Assembly (NCBI GenBank): GCA_021807125.1
Contig: JAKAPK010000001.1
Location: 182,354-246,353 of the forward strand
Length of the DNA: 64,000 bases
Direction of reading: 5' to 3'
Origin: Nanobdellota archaeon
GTDB lineage: Archaea > Nanobdellota > Nanobdellia > Parvarchaeales > Parvarchaeaceae
The position numbers and the translations under genes are program-made. Numbering within the stretch: the first letter of the stretch is position 1; every line of letters starts with the position of its first letter. Below, piece after piece: positions 49,556-57,639 of the stretch. Below the pieces are notes generated by a model. The model made no database searches. It was not told where the DNA came from and saw nothing but the letters and a program-made list of their open reading frames with translations.

Positions 49556-50335
49556 TTATTTGAATCCTGGTTTCCTTGAAACGTAATCATACAGTTTTAA
49601 TATGTTTCTTGGCTCGGACACAAGGTATCTCCGCCAGTAAGGCATAAGCTTCAGCTTTGTTGTCCGTAATTCCGGGTGCCCGAAGAAAGGAGGATACCTT
49701 CCGGTGTTCAGCCTGACTCTAAGCTCCTCGTCCACTGCCAGTTCAAGCAGTGCGTGGCCGACATCGTTCCTAGGCAGCTTTGAGTGTAGGATCTCGTGCC
49801 ATATATAAATAACGGAATAATTCTTGAAGTCCTCGTTGTGGCCGTAAGCGATCTCGTTGTCGCCGAGATATAATCCGTTCTTCAGGGACGGGTGGGTTAT
49901 ATACACCGTGTATGTCGTATCGAACTCGAGACCTGTGATTTCAGACATGGCGTGACTGGTTAACCTGCTTTTTTTCTCCCAGGTTTCCCGGCAGAAGTTC
50001 ATGTACACCTCGGTCTGTTTTAATATCTTTTTGAATCGCTGATTTTTCTTTATGGCGTCCATGTACGACGGCAGGCCGAGGATCGCTTTGTTCAGGACCA
50101 TGCTACTAGGCCTACCGGGCCAGACGGCGGGCTTGTCCGCACCAGACAAGAGCAAATATGATTCTTTGGATTTTTCCCAAGCATAATCCTGTAATTCAAT
50201 GATGTCGTGATTGAATTTTTTTGACGAAAACCCTATTGTGGCGGGCGTGTTGTACAAAACGTACGCTAGGAGGTAGTTTTGATCTATCACAAACCTGACG
50301 TTAGGCACGCTTGCACTCTTCTGCTCGTTACCCAT
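49556..50335 (-). CDS. hypothetical protein with HExxH motif
   Basis: 'YIWHEILHSKL'. It is the last gene before the solo TIR remnant at 50378-50407. Confidence 0.5.
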   Translation of the reverse strand: MGNEQKSASVPNVRFVIDQNYLLAYVLYNTPATIGFSSKKFNHDIIELQDYAWEKSKESYLLLSGADKPAVWPGRPSSMVLNKAILGLPSYMDAIKKNQRFKKILKQTEVYMNFCRETWEKKSRLTSHAMSEITGLEFDTTYTVYITHPSLKNGLYLGDNEIAYGHNEDFKNYSVIYIWHEILHSKLPRNDVGHALLELAVDEELRVRLNTGRYPPFFGHPELRTTKLKLMPYWRRYLVSEPRNILKLYDYVSRKPGFK

Positions 50336-50377
50336 ATTAATAATATTGAAACTACAGTTTTAAACTTTGTAAAAAGT

Positions 50378-50407
50378 AGTGCCATTTCTTTGAGATAGCA
50401 TTATCCC
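50378..50407. repeat. solo copy of the casposon right TIR (remnant of an earlier insertion)
   Basis: 'agtgccatttctttgagatagcattatccc' is 25/30 identical to 60841-60870, with the terminal 17 nt identical. It is followed by the same 14-nt target copy. Confidence 0.75.
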
Positions 50408-50421
50408 CAGATAAAACTGCC
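50408..50421. repeat. target-site duplication, left copy (CAGATAAAACTGCC)
   Basis: Perfect 14-nt direct repeat of 60871-60884, immediately outside the left TIR. Confidence 0.85.
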
Positions 50422-50474
50422 GGGATAATGCTATCTCCTCAAAATGAGACTAAAAGTTGTAAAGATTACAAGCT
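50422..50474 (+). repeat. casposon left terminal inverted repeat
   Basis: 'gggataatgctatctcctcaaaatgagactaaaagttgtaaagattacaagct' against the reverse complement of 60818-60870. 27/30 terminal nt and 46/53 overall are identical (hand alignment). Confidence 0.85.
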
Positions 50475-50543
50475 AGGTTTTTTATTATTGTATTTTTGTT
50501 CAATTACGCTTAAAAACGAATAATAACATATTATAAAGTAAAT

Positions 50544-51110
50544 ATGGCAGAAAAGCAAGTTAAAAGAGTCTTAAATCGACGCGTAGACGATAGACACTTT
50601 AAAAATAATTCGTCCGGTAGTAAGAGTCGAGCTTCGCTCTTAAAGAAAGTAAATACTGGCGGGCAATTTCCGACAAAAACATCTGGCCAAGTAACAGAAT
50701 TCGAATTTTTAGCTGGGTTTTATATGCTAGCCCCTATTTTAGTGATATTACTAATTGCATTTACGCAGTTTATCGGGTTTGTAATTTTGATTATATGTTT
50801 TATCATCATCCTTATTGTTACAAAGAAAAAGTATTCCTTAATTGTATCGATTTCATTTATATTTTGCAGCGTTCTTCTTGGACTTGCTACATTGTATTCA
50901 GCGACAAATTCAAACAATTCAATTTATACAAATTTTACGATTCCACTTTACATTGCGCTTGGGGCTACATCTTTTGTCCTTTACATAGAATATGTCATAA
51001 AAGACTTGAACGAGTTTTATAAACTGAAAGGACCCATTGCAATCCTAAAATGGAACGAGTCTATCAAGGACTATTTATTTTCGAAATATTTCCGTAAAAA
51101 AGGTCGCTAG
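50544..51110 (+). CDS. casposon-borne membrane protein
   Basis: 188 aa with a basic N-terminus and 3-4 TM segments. Confidence 0.5.
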   Translation: MAEKQVKRVLNRRVDDRHFKNNSSGSKSRASLLKKVNTGGQFPTKTSGQVTEFEFLAGFYMLAPILVILLIAFTQFIGFVILIICFIIILIVTKKKYSLIVSISFIFCSVLLGLATLYSATNSNNSIYTNFTIPLYIALGATSFVLYIEYVIKDLNEFYKLKGPIAILKWNESIKDYLFSKYFRKKGR

Positions 51111-51149
51111 ATAATTAGACTACCAAAATTAACCAACGGTTTTAAGACT

Positions 51150-53747
51150 CTATTTTTTAAGTGTTTTCTTCCACCTATAAAACGTTGCTCTAGACACACC
51201 GTGCGCTATAGCCCAGTCCAACCCCTTCTCCACAACTTCCTTTTTAAGGACCTCTTTACTCCGATATGTGACTACGCTGATTGATTCAAGACCGCTCAAG
51301 TTATGTTCAATTTTGTTAGCCTCTTTTCCGATGTAGAGTATGTTATTTGCGAAGACATGCCGTCTGTCCAGTAAACCAATCTTGTCGGTATCATCGAACT
51401 TTGCCTCGGGATGTTTTATATAGTCTAAAAGCACTTCGCTTAACGGTAACCAGTATTCCGGACCGTTATAGATCTTTCCAGTCTTATAGTCTATGAAGTC
51501 TCCATAGACCGCGCTTTGCGTATCTTTCGAATACGGTGCTATCGGTTTAATGTTTTTATTGGTTCCAAAGCCTATCAGGAAGAAGTTAAACGGCTTTATT
51601 GTAGCTTCTGGATGCTTCTTGTTATACTTAGCGAACCTTTTGAGGAGACTCGGGCTAGAGACGATAAACTGGGAAACAGCGTAATAATCTTTGTACTCCT
51701 CTATAAAATTATCTAGAGTAATCTGACCATAATGAAGTTTAAGAATATCGAGCCATATCCTTTTCTGCCATTTGGTTTCCTTGTCTCCGAATGGATTCAT
51801 CAAATGGCCCAGACCGTGCAGAGAATAGTTCTCATCGTCCTCTGATTCGTCTATTACGAACTCTCCGTTCTCGATTCGATATAGAACGTATCTTTTGGCG
51901 CTTATACCGTAAAACCATACGTCGGTTTCCTCTTCTTTCAGTAGAGAGTCTACGTTAGAATACGGATTCAGAGGGTCAAAGAACGCCTTTATTTCTTTCG
52001 TATACCTCGGAGGTACGAACATGCTGTCCGTGTCGCAATAAACTATATTTTCTCCGTGCTTCTGGAGTATGCAATCTCCGATACCCAACAGTAGTTTGGA
52101 GCCGCCGGTTATCAGCGTTGCTATTATAGGGTCGAACGATTTTCCAGGCTTTTCGAATCGGTTCTTGTCGTCAAATACCTCGCTTCCGTATACCTCCAGT
52201 TCCTCGTCATAGTCTTCTGGATTCATCTCTATGAAAATCCCGTAGCTCGTGGCGTTTGCCAGAATCTTTATTGCACGTTGTACAGAATCCAGTCTTTCAT
52301 ATTCCATGCTGCCCTTTTTCTCCTTATCGCGCAATCGTTGTATTTCCTGTCGTTTCTCTATAAGCACTTTGAACAGGTTGTCTTTTGATGGGTCTATCGT
52401 AACTCCTAATACGTCCGTAGATTTCAGTGTCTTTTGCTTTCCTACTGCATCGAATCGGATGGCCTTTACGATTTTCGGTGTCTTTCCTGTGAGCAGTTTC
52501 GATAGCACTATCTCACCCAGCGTATAATATACTGGCCGTGTCGAAGTAAGGTAATTGAACCCTACTGTAAAGGTGTCTTTGTTATATCTGGCCCTTACTG
52601 ATAACAAATCGTCGTTAGGAATTATTTTCACGATTACGTTTAGCCGTTTCCACGTCTCTAGTTTCCTTAGGTCTTCGAGAGTCACGCTCTCTACAAAATG
52701 TATAATTGCGTCGGTATCTTCGCGGTATTCTATTCTTTCAGCCGTTACAAAGTCCCATAGGCCGAGTAGTATGAACATCGTCGGGTACATAGACTTGAAG
52801 TCCAATACCGACACCTTTACAGGCTCTTTCCTTACACGGCATTCGCATCGGCCGCCATAATAGGTCTGCATTACATATCCGAGTAATTCGGGAGGAAAAT
52901 TAGGATTCGTGGCGCCAAACGAGTTTATGCCTAACTTTTCGAGACAGAATTTTCCGATTGTCGCGGATGAGTAGATCTCGTTTAAAGGTATCGGCAAGGA
53001 GTACTTCTCGAACTCTTCCCTTAGCCGCGTAAATAGCTCGGCCGTAGCTAGAGTGTCGTTTATGTTGTATTCTATATATTTTCGATTGATTTTACCGTGT
53101 TCTTTGGTCTCAAGTTTATGATAAGCCTTATTGAACATCTCACACGCACGTTTTAGATTTAGGTGTTTCTTATCCGTCAAAGTAACACCTAAGGTCTTCA
53201 AATCCACAAAGAAGCCGGGCTTGTGTTCGTAGCTCGTAGACCTGAAGTTAATGAAAGCTTGACTGGAACTGTTGTGTTTTATGCGTATCGGTGGAAACTT
53301 TCGTTCATAGTGTAGCTTCAGAGCAAATCCTCCGCGCATGCCTCTCTTTGAAGGCACTGGGTTAAATGTCGAAAGCCTGGGTAAATCAAAGGGCAAATTA
53401 AACCCTATGCAAGGAATTTGTCTTTTGTATACGTAGGGATAGAATACGTCTTCTATAAACTCGTTTAAGGCGTATAGTTTGACTATGCCATTTTCTTTGC
53501 AGTAGGCCTTTAGCTCTTTAAGCTCCTTATCCGATACTTTTGTCGGATTATAGAATAACCCTATCAATTGTACAGAATTACCAGTTTGTATCACGAACGA
53601 ACCGAACTTAAGGTCTTGAGCTTGGTCTACGGTGGTTTCTGTGTCTAGGACCAGTATCGTGCTGAAGTCCGGGATAGCTGTTTTTCTTTCATAAGGCTTG
53701 CGCTTCCGTTTAGGTACCGTGTATGCTCTGACCGCGATGTCGGTCAT
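51150..53747 (-). CDS. polB: family-B DNA polymerase (protein-primed-type, casposon PolB)
   Basis: Exo I 'LVLDTETT', exo II-like 'YNINDTLAT', motif A 'VLDFKSMYPTMF', motif B 'KILANATSYGIF' and motif C 'VYCDTDSMFV'. 865 aa. Confidence 0.9.
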   Translation of the reverse strand: MTDIAVRAYTVPKRKRKPYERKTAIPDFSTILVLDTETTVDQAQDLKFGSFVIQTGNSVQLIGLFYNPTKVSDKELKELKAYCKENGIVKLYALNEFIEDVFYPYVYKRQIPCIGFNLPFDLPRLSTFNPVPSKRGMRGGFALKLHYERKFPPIRIKHNSSSQAFINFRSTSYEHKPGFFVDLKTLGVTLTDKKHLNLKRACEMFNKAYHKLETKEHGKINRKYIEYNINDTLATAELFTRLREEFEKYSLPIPLNEIYSSATIGKFCLEKLGINSFGATNPNFPPELLGYVMQTYYGGRCECRVRKEPVKVSVLDFKSMYPTMFILLGLWDFVTAERIEYREDTDAIIHFVESVTLEDLRKLETWKRLNVIVKIIPNDDLLSVRARYNKDTFTVGFNYLTSTRPVYYTLGEIVLSKLLTGKTPKIVKAIRFDAVGKQKTLKSTDVLGVTIDPSKDNLFKVLIEKRQEIQRLRDKEKKGSMEYERLDSVQRAIKILANATSYGIFIEMNPEDYDEELEVYGSEVFDDKNRFEKPGKSFDPIIATLITGGSKLLLGIGDCILQKHGENIVYCDTDSMFVPPRYTKEIKAFFDPLNPYSNVDSLLKEEETDVWFYGISAKRYVLYRIENGEFVIDESEDDENYSLHGLGHLMNPFGDKETKWQKRIWLDILKLHYGQITLDNFIEEYKDYYAVSQFIVSSPSLLKRFAKYNKKHPEATIKPFNFFLIGFGTNKNIKPIAPYSKDTQSAVYGDFIDYKTGKIYNGPEYWLPLSEVLLDYIKHPEAKFDDTDKIGLLDRRHVFANNILYIGKEANKIEHNLSGLESISVVTYRSKEVLKKEVVEKGLDWAIAHGVSRATFYRWKKTLKK

Positions 53748-54040
53748 ATTGTCTTCTTCAACTTTTCAAGCGCTCTTCGTTTTATTCTTGTCCCTACAGT
53801 ATCGAGCAATCCAGCTATTGAGATTTCTTCATAAGCGTCTTTTTCAATCTGACTTGCATTCTTACTTCTGGCTTTAGGAGAGATGCCATTCTGCTCTGTA
53901 GTTATCTTATCATGGCAGTTGTGGCAGAGCCAAACGGTTTCCGGGCTATTGTTTCTCCCGAACACGTGATGCTCTTCCTTGATAACTCTCGGGTCGTCTT
54001 CACCACAGATAGCGCAGGGCGGCTTAGTCGTATATCTCTC
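53744..54040 (-). CDS. HNH endonuclease (open frame lacks an in-frame start for its N-terminal half)
   Basis: The frame reads '...KPPCAICGEDDPRVIKEEHHVFGRNNSPETVWLCHNCHDKIT'. This gives CxxC...HH...N...CxxC-H, i.e. HNH. The first start codon (GTG at 53965) lies after the CxxC and HH. 4-nt overlap with the polB start. Confidence 0.6.
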   Translation of the reverse strand, partial: ERYTTKPPCAICGEDDPRVIKEEHHVFGRNNSPETVWLCHNCHDKITTEQNGISPKARSKNASQIEKDAYEEISIAGLLDTVGTRIKRRALEKLKKTI

Positions 54041-54518
54041 CTAACTCGTGCTCTTCACGTCGTAGTTCTATCTCCTGTATTTTGGTAGGGTCCGTTTCAA
54101 GATGATGGGTTTTGCCGTAAATATTCTTGATTCTGGTCCGTTTGTATTTTTTCAGTGCACGCCAATCACCAGAGTACAGGCCCTTCTTCACATCATTATA
54201 GTACCGGCCTATTATCGCAGCCTGCTTAGAGCCTTTAACGATTACCGTTCGTCTCCGACCGTTTTCGTATATTATCAGTTCTCTCTCCAAGGTATCGGAC
54301 TTTTTCGCACGCCACTTACGCTTGCATTTGTATAAGACGGACCCCAAATTATGTCTAACGGTGTCCGGCTTTAGACCCAACTCTCCGGATGCTCTTGTAA
54401 GCGACTTGCCCTCGCGGATTAACCTTAGCACATCGAGCGATTTTACTCTCAAAGCTCTCTCTTCTTTCGATAGCTTAAGCCAGCGTTTGATATGCCGATG
54501 TTTCCGTCGTTTCACCAT
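54024..54518 (-). CDS. casposon HTH DNA-binding protein
   Basis: Basic N-terminus, then 'GKSLTRASGELGLKPDTVRHNL', a resolvase/terminase-type HTH. 164 aa. Confidence 0.6.
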   Translation of the reverse strand: MVKRRKHRHIKRWLKLSKEERALRVKSLDVLRLIREGKSLTRASGELGLKPDTVRHNLGSVLYKCKRKWRAKKSDTLERELIIYENGRRRTVIVKGSKQAAIIGRYYNDVKKGLYSGDWRALKKYKRTRIKNIYGKTHHLETDPTKIQEIELRREEHELGEIYD

Positions 54519-54833
54519 TTACTGTTGGCCACCCCCACGTCGTCTAAAAAGGACCACCAGTATAATGGCCAGCACGGCACCACCTAATCCCAGCCAACCC
54601 CAACTAGAAGATGAATGGCGTTCGGCGATTTCTCTACTACCATCAGAGGGTCGATCCTCTGCTGGTAGCGATTCAACCACTGGTGCGGCATCGCTTACAG
54701 TAGCTGCTTGTTCTACCGGTTCGCTTTCTGGTTCCGGCAGCGCTTGGCCGCGATGAAACCTGCTTTTGTGCACGCGATAGCTTGCACCACTCTTAAACTC
54801 CTTCCCGTCAAACGGGCATATTCTTATGGACAT
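54519..54833 (-). CDS. C2H2 zinc-finger protein with C-terminal TM anchor
   Basis: 'CPFDGKEFKSGASYRVHKSRFH' (C-x2-?..H-x5-H type) and C-terminal 'WGWLGLGGAVLAIILVVLF'. The ATG at 54833 is preceded by GAGGTGA; the track ORF extends to 54902. Confidence 0.55.
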   Translation of the reverse strand: MSIRICPFDGKEFKSGASYRVHKSRFHRGQALPEPESEPVEQAATVSDAAPVVESLPAEDRPSDGSREIAERHSSSSWGWLGLGGAVLAIILVVLFRRRGGGQQ

Positions 54834-54879
54834 ATATTTCACCTCAAAAGTAAATCTACGTTTGTCAGATAATGTTATC

Positions 54880-54931
54880 GTATTACCTCCAAGAAAAATC
54901 AAGATATTTATTAGGGGTAATGTATTACCTC
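54880..54931. promoter_or_regulatory. divergent-promoter region with direct repeat GTATTACCTC x2
   Basis: gtattacctc occurs at 54880-54889 and 54922-54931, each preceded by (t)aatgt. It lies between the divergent starts at 54833 (-) and 54935 (+). A TATA-like 'gatatttatta' sits at ~54902. Confidence 0.35.
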
Positions 54932-54934
54932 TTT

Positions 54935-55942
54935 ATGACATTGACGAGAGAAGAAAAGAAAATCGTGGCATTTTTAGAAGCCAGTAAAGATGCTGGTAGG
55001 TCTTCTGAAGAAATCGCAGCGCGATTGGATTTAGCCAAGAAAAACATTCTAAAGAAAGTCAATAGATTGAAGGCCTTAAACATAGTGTCAAAATTCGGTA
55101 CTACTAGAGTAGTTCGTTATCGTCTAAGTAAGTATGACCCGGAGGAGGTTCAGAAAACAAAGATGTACCGACTTATTAAAAGTACCGAAACGCGCAGAAA
55201 GCAGGAAGACAAAAAACGGTATAAAGATAATGCAGAATTTCGTTCATATCTACTAAGCAGTCTAGATTCGTTTCTGATACAGATTTCGCACGTTTTAGAT
55301 TGTGATTTAAAGACGTTAGAAGTGACTATAGACGATGAAGAAACTTTCAAAAAACTGGTGCTGCATGCTAAGATGCGATCACTGTCAAAAAATATCTTAT
55401 TCGCGATAAATGATTATTTAAAAGAGGGGCTTAAAGAGGCGTTAACACGACCACATGCCCAGATAGAGGTATACGAACAGAAGATGATTAAAAACATCTT
55501 AGATGAAATAGATTATTGCGCGCCAAATCTAAATCATAAAGCTTGTTATGATGCAATTGAAATACATATAGATCCAAGGTATGAAGACCTTTCATTTTCA
55601 GAGGAGCTTAAAAACTTTGTGAATGGCGATGACCGAAACAGTTTATGGGATAAAGAAATAAGAGATGCGCTTAATAGCTATGGTGTTATTCTAAGCGAGT
55701 TTATCAAATATTTAGACGGTATAAAGATTGCACATAAGATAAGCAGCTCTGGCCTCGAAATACTTTTCGATGCAGATGATCTGGAACATTGGATACGAAA
55801 CTTAAGGGAGACTCTCAGTCATATTATTAAAATGGCTCTTGAGCTCAAGTATTTTTTAGACAAAATGCAAAAGGAGCAGGGACAATTCAGAAAGCGTGGA
55901 AAAGTCTTGAAATATAAAGTAGAGACGCTTACTTCTCTTTAG
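54935..55942 (+). CDS. winged-helix (MarR/ArsR-like) DNA-binding protein with long C-terminal domain
   Basis: 'LTREEKKIVAFLEASKDAGRSSEEIAARLDLAKKNILKKVNRLKALNIVSKFGTTRVVRYRL' is a wHTH. The start is taken at the internal ATG; the track ORF begins at 54872. Confidence 0.6.
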   Translation: MTLTREEKKIVAFLEASKDAGRSSEEIAARLDLAKKNILKKVNRLKALNIVSKFGTTRVVRYRLSKYDPEEVQKTKMYRLIKSTETRRKQEDKKRYKDNAEFRSYLLSSLDSFLIQISHVLDCDLKTLEVTIDDEETFKKLVLHAKMRSLSKNILFAINDYLKEGLKEALTRPHAQIEVYEQKMIKNILDEIDYCAPNLNHKACYDAIEIHIDPRYEDLSFSEELKNFVNGDDRNSLWDKEIRDALNSYGVILSEFIKYLDGIKIAHKISSSGLEILFDADDLEHWIRNLRETLSHIIKMALELKYFLDKMQKEQGQFRKRGKVLKYKVETLTSL

Positions 55943-56066
55943 GTCGGTCCCAATATGGACTATGGCATTTTGGGCAAAGTGGTGGCTTAACCCTTTTTCT
56001 AGGCGTCCACTTATGACCGCACCTATTGCATAGATACCCCTTTACTTGAATAGTTGTCTCCGGCAT
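55929..56066 (-). CDS. small zinc-ribbon protein (45 aa)
   Basis: Not in the track: MPETTIQVKGYLCNRCGHKWTPRKRVKPPLCPKCHSPYWDRPKEK, with two CxxC pairs. Convergent 14-nt overlap with the preceding gene. Confidence 0.5.
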   Translation of the reverse strand: MPETTIQVKGYLCNRCGHKWTPRKRVKPPLCPKCHSPYWDRPKEK

Positions 56067-56091
56067 GCAAACTTATTTCATTTTTAATATT

Positions 56092-56106
56092 AAAAGTTTA
56101 TATATT
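56092..56106 (+). promoter_or_regulatory. TATA-like box upstream of cas1
   Basis: 'aaaagtttatatatt' lies ~26-40 nt upstream of the ATG at 56132. Confidence 0.35.
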
Positions 56107-56131
56107 ATCTAATACTTATTAGTTAATACGT

Positions 56132-57361
56132 ATGAGACCACTATTGTTATCTGGGTTTGGTATAAACGTTATCGTTAGCGGTAGAAAGCTCGTTATCGAA
56201 AATCATCAGACTAACGAAATATCAGAGTTTTATCCTCATCAGATACCTTATGATAATGTTATTATAGATGGCTACTATGGTCTGATTTCATTTGAGGCCC
56301 TCAGATGGTTATCAAAGCACGGTATAGGAATTACGCTCCTTAATTGGGATGGTAATTTGTTATCGGTGACAACACCCAAAGAGCCGATTGCTGGAAAACT
56401 GAAAATAAAACAATACAAAACGTATCTTGATAAAGAAAAAAGATATACTATTGCGTATAAGATTATAGAACAAAAGATAGGTAAATCGTATGAATTGCTA
56501 TCTTTGTTATCAAACTTCTATAACTCTATTAATATGAAAGAAATGAAAGCTATCTTTGATAACGAATTACGTAATTTTGATAACAATTCTAAGAGAATTT
56601 CGTTATCTGATAACGAAAACATCAAAGAACGTATAAGAAACGTAATGTCATATGAAGGAAGGATAGCTGATTATTATTGGAAAACGTTATCAAAAGTCTT
56701 CAATAGGCTATATCCAGAGTTTCCTTTCAAAAGAAGAAATAATTCATTAGACTCTCATAACAGAAACGCTTCAGATTATATCAATGCGTTATTGAATTAC
56801 GGGTATGCCATACTAGAAAGCGTTATCCGAAGGGATATTAATGTTATCGGACCGGATCCCGACATCGGCTTCTTACACGAGATTGCTACCAGTAAACAAC
56901 CATTAGTCTATGATTTACAAGAATTATATAGATGGCTGATAGATTTGAGCGTTATCCAGCTTCTTGAAGACAAAAAGTTGCGTAAGTCTGACTTTATTGT
57001 TACAGAGAATTACCATTTACGTCTTAGGGAGTCGGGTATCAAGTATCTTGTAGAGAAGATTGCGTCTAATATGAATAAACTCGCATTATACAGAGGAAAA
57101 CGTTACACATTTGATACTATCTTACTGAATAACGTCCGAAATTTAGCAAAATGCATAGAAAAAGATGAGAATAACGTTAGCTTTGAGGTCCCTAAGATTG
57201 AAAGCTATCGAAATGATAAGTTTGAATTACGTAATCGGATAATGTCGATAACGCCTGAAGAGCGTAAGAAATTAGGTATCAACAAGAGTACGCTCTGGTA
57301 TCAGCAAAAAGCTATAAAAGAGAACAGAAAAATAAAGGTATACAACAAAGTTCAAAAATAA
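56132..57361 (+). CDS. cas1: Cas1 homolog with C-terminal HTH (casposase)
   Basis: N-terminal beta domain 'LLLSGFGINVIVSGRKLVIEN...VIIDGYYGLISFEALRWLSKHGIGITLLNWDG'. Catalytic-region motifs 'MSYEGRIADYYW', 'NALLNYGYAILES' and 'GFLHEIATSKQPLVYDLQELYRWLID'. C-terminal 'RKKLGINKSTLWYQQKAI' HTH. Confidence 0.88.
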   Translation: MRPLLLSGFGINVIVSGRKLVIENHQTNEISEFYPHQIPYDNVIIDGYYGLISFEALRWLSKHGIGITLLNWDGNLLSVTTPKEPIAGKLKIKQYKTYLDKEKRYTIAYKIIEQKIGKSYELLSLLSNFYNSINMKEMKAIFDNELRNFDNNSKRISLSDNENIKERIRNVMSYEGRIADYYWKTLSKVFNRLYPEFPFKRRNNSLDSHNRNASDYINALLNYGYAILESVIRRDINVIGPDPDIGFLHEIATSKQPLVYDLQELYRWLIDLSVIQLLEDKKLRKSDFIVTENYHLRLRESGIKYLVEKIASNMNKLALYRGKRYTFDTILLNNVRNLAKCIEKDENNVSFEVPKIESYRNDKFELRNRIMSITPEERKKLGINKSTLWYQQKAIKENRKIKVYNKVQK

Positions 57362-57363
57362 CT

Positions 57364-57573
57364 TTATTTATTTAGCCTAGAAGCAATTATCCATTGATTT
57401 TGTCTGCCTATCTTGAAGTATTTTACTTTCCCTTCTTGCTGTAATTTGAATAAGTGCATCTGGGCGGTATACCATGCTGTTTTAGTTGCTTTACCTACCA
57501 TCTCGGTGGTCGCAGAAAACGGTATACTTCTAAGATAGTCTAAAATTTTCCTATCAATTTCTGAGTCTTTCAT
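57364..57573 (-). CDS. small winged-helix DNA-binding protein
   Basis: 69 aa: 'RKILDYLRSIPFSATTEMVGKATKTAWYTAQMHLFKLQQEGKVKYFKIGRQNQW'. Confidence 0.55.
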   Translation of the reverse strand: MKDSEIDRKILDYLRSIPFSATTEMVGKATKTAWYTAQMHLFKLQQEGKVKYFKIGRQNQWIIASRLNK

Positions 57574-57639
57574 ACGTTATCTGTATTATACAATGTATTG
57601 TATAATCGGATTTAAATATATTTAGTTGCCTTACATAAT

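Noticed and set aside
54872-54934. N-terminal extension of the wHTH ORF, and the 54834-54902 extension of the C2H2 ORF
   Set aside because: The two extensions would overlap each other on opposite strands across the promoter region. Internal ATGs (54935 with an upstream TATA-like box; 54833 with GAGGTGA) give cleaner gene models.
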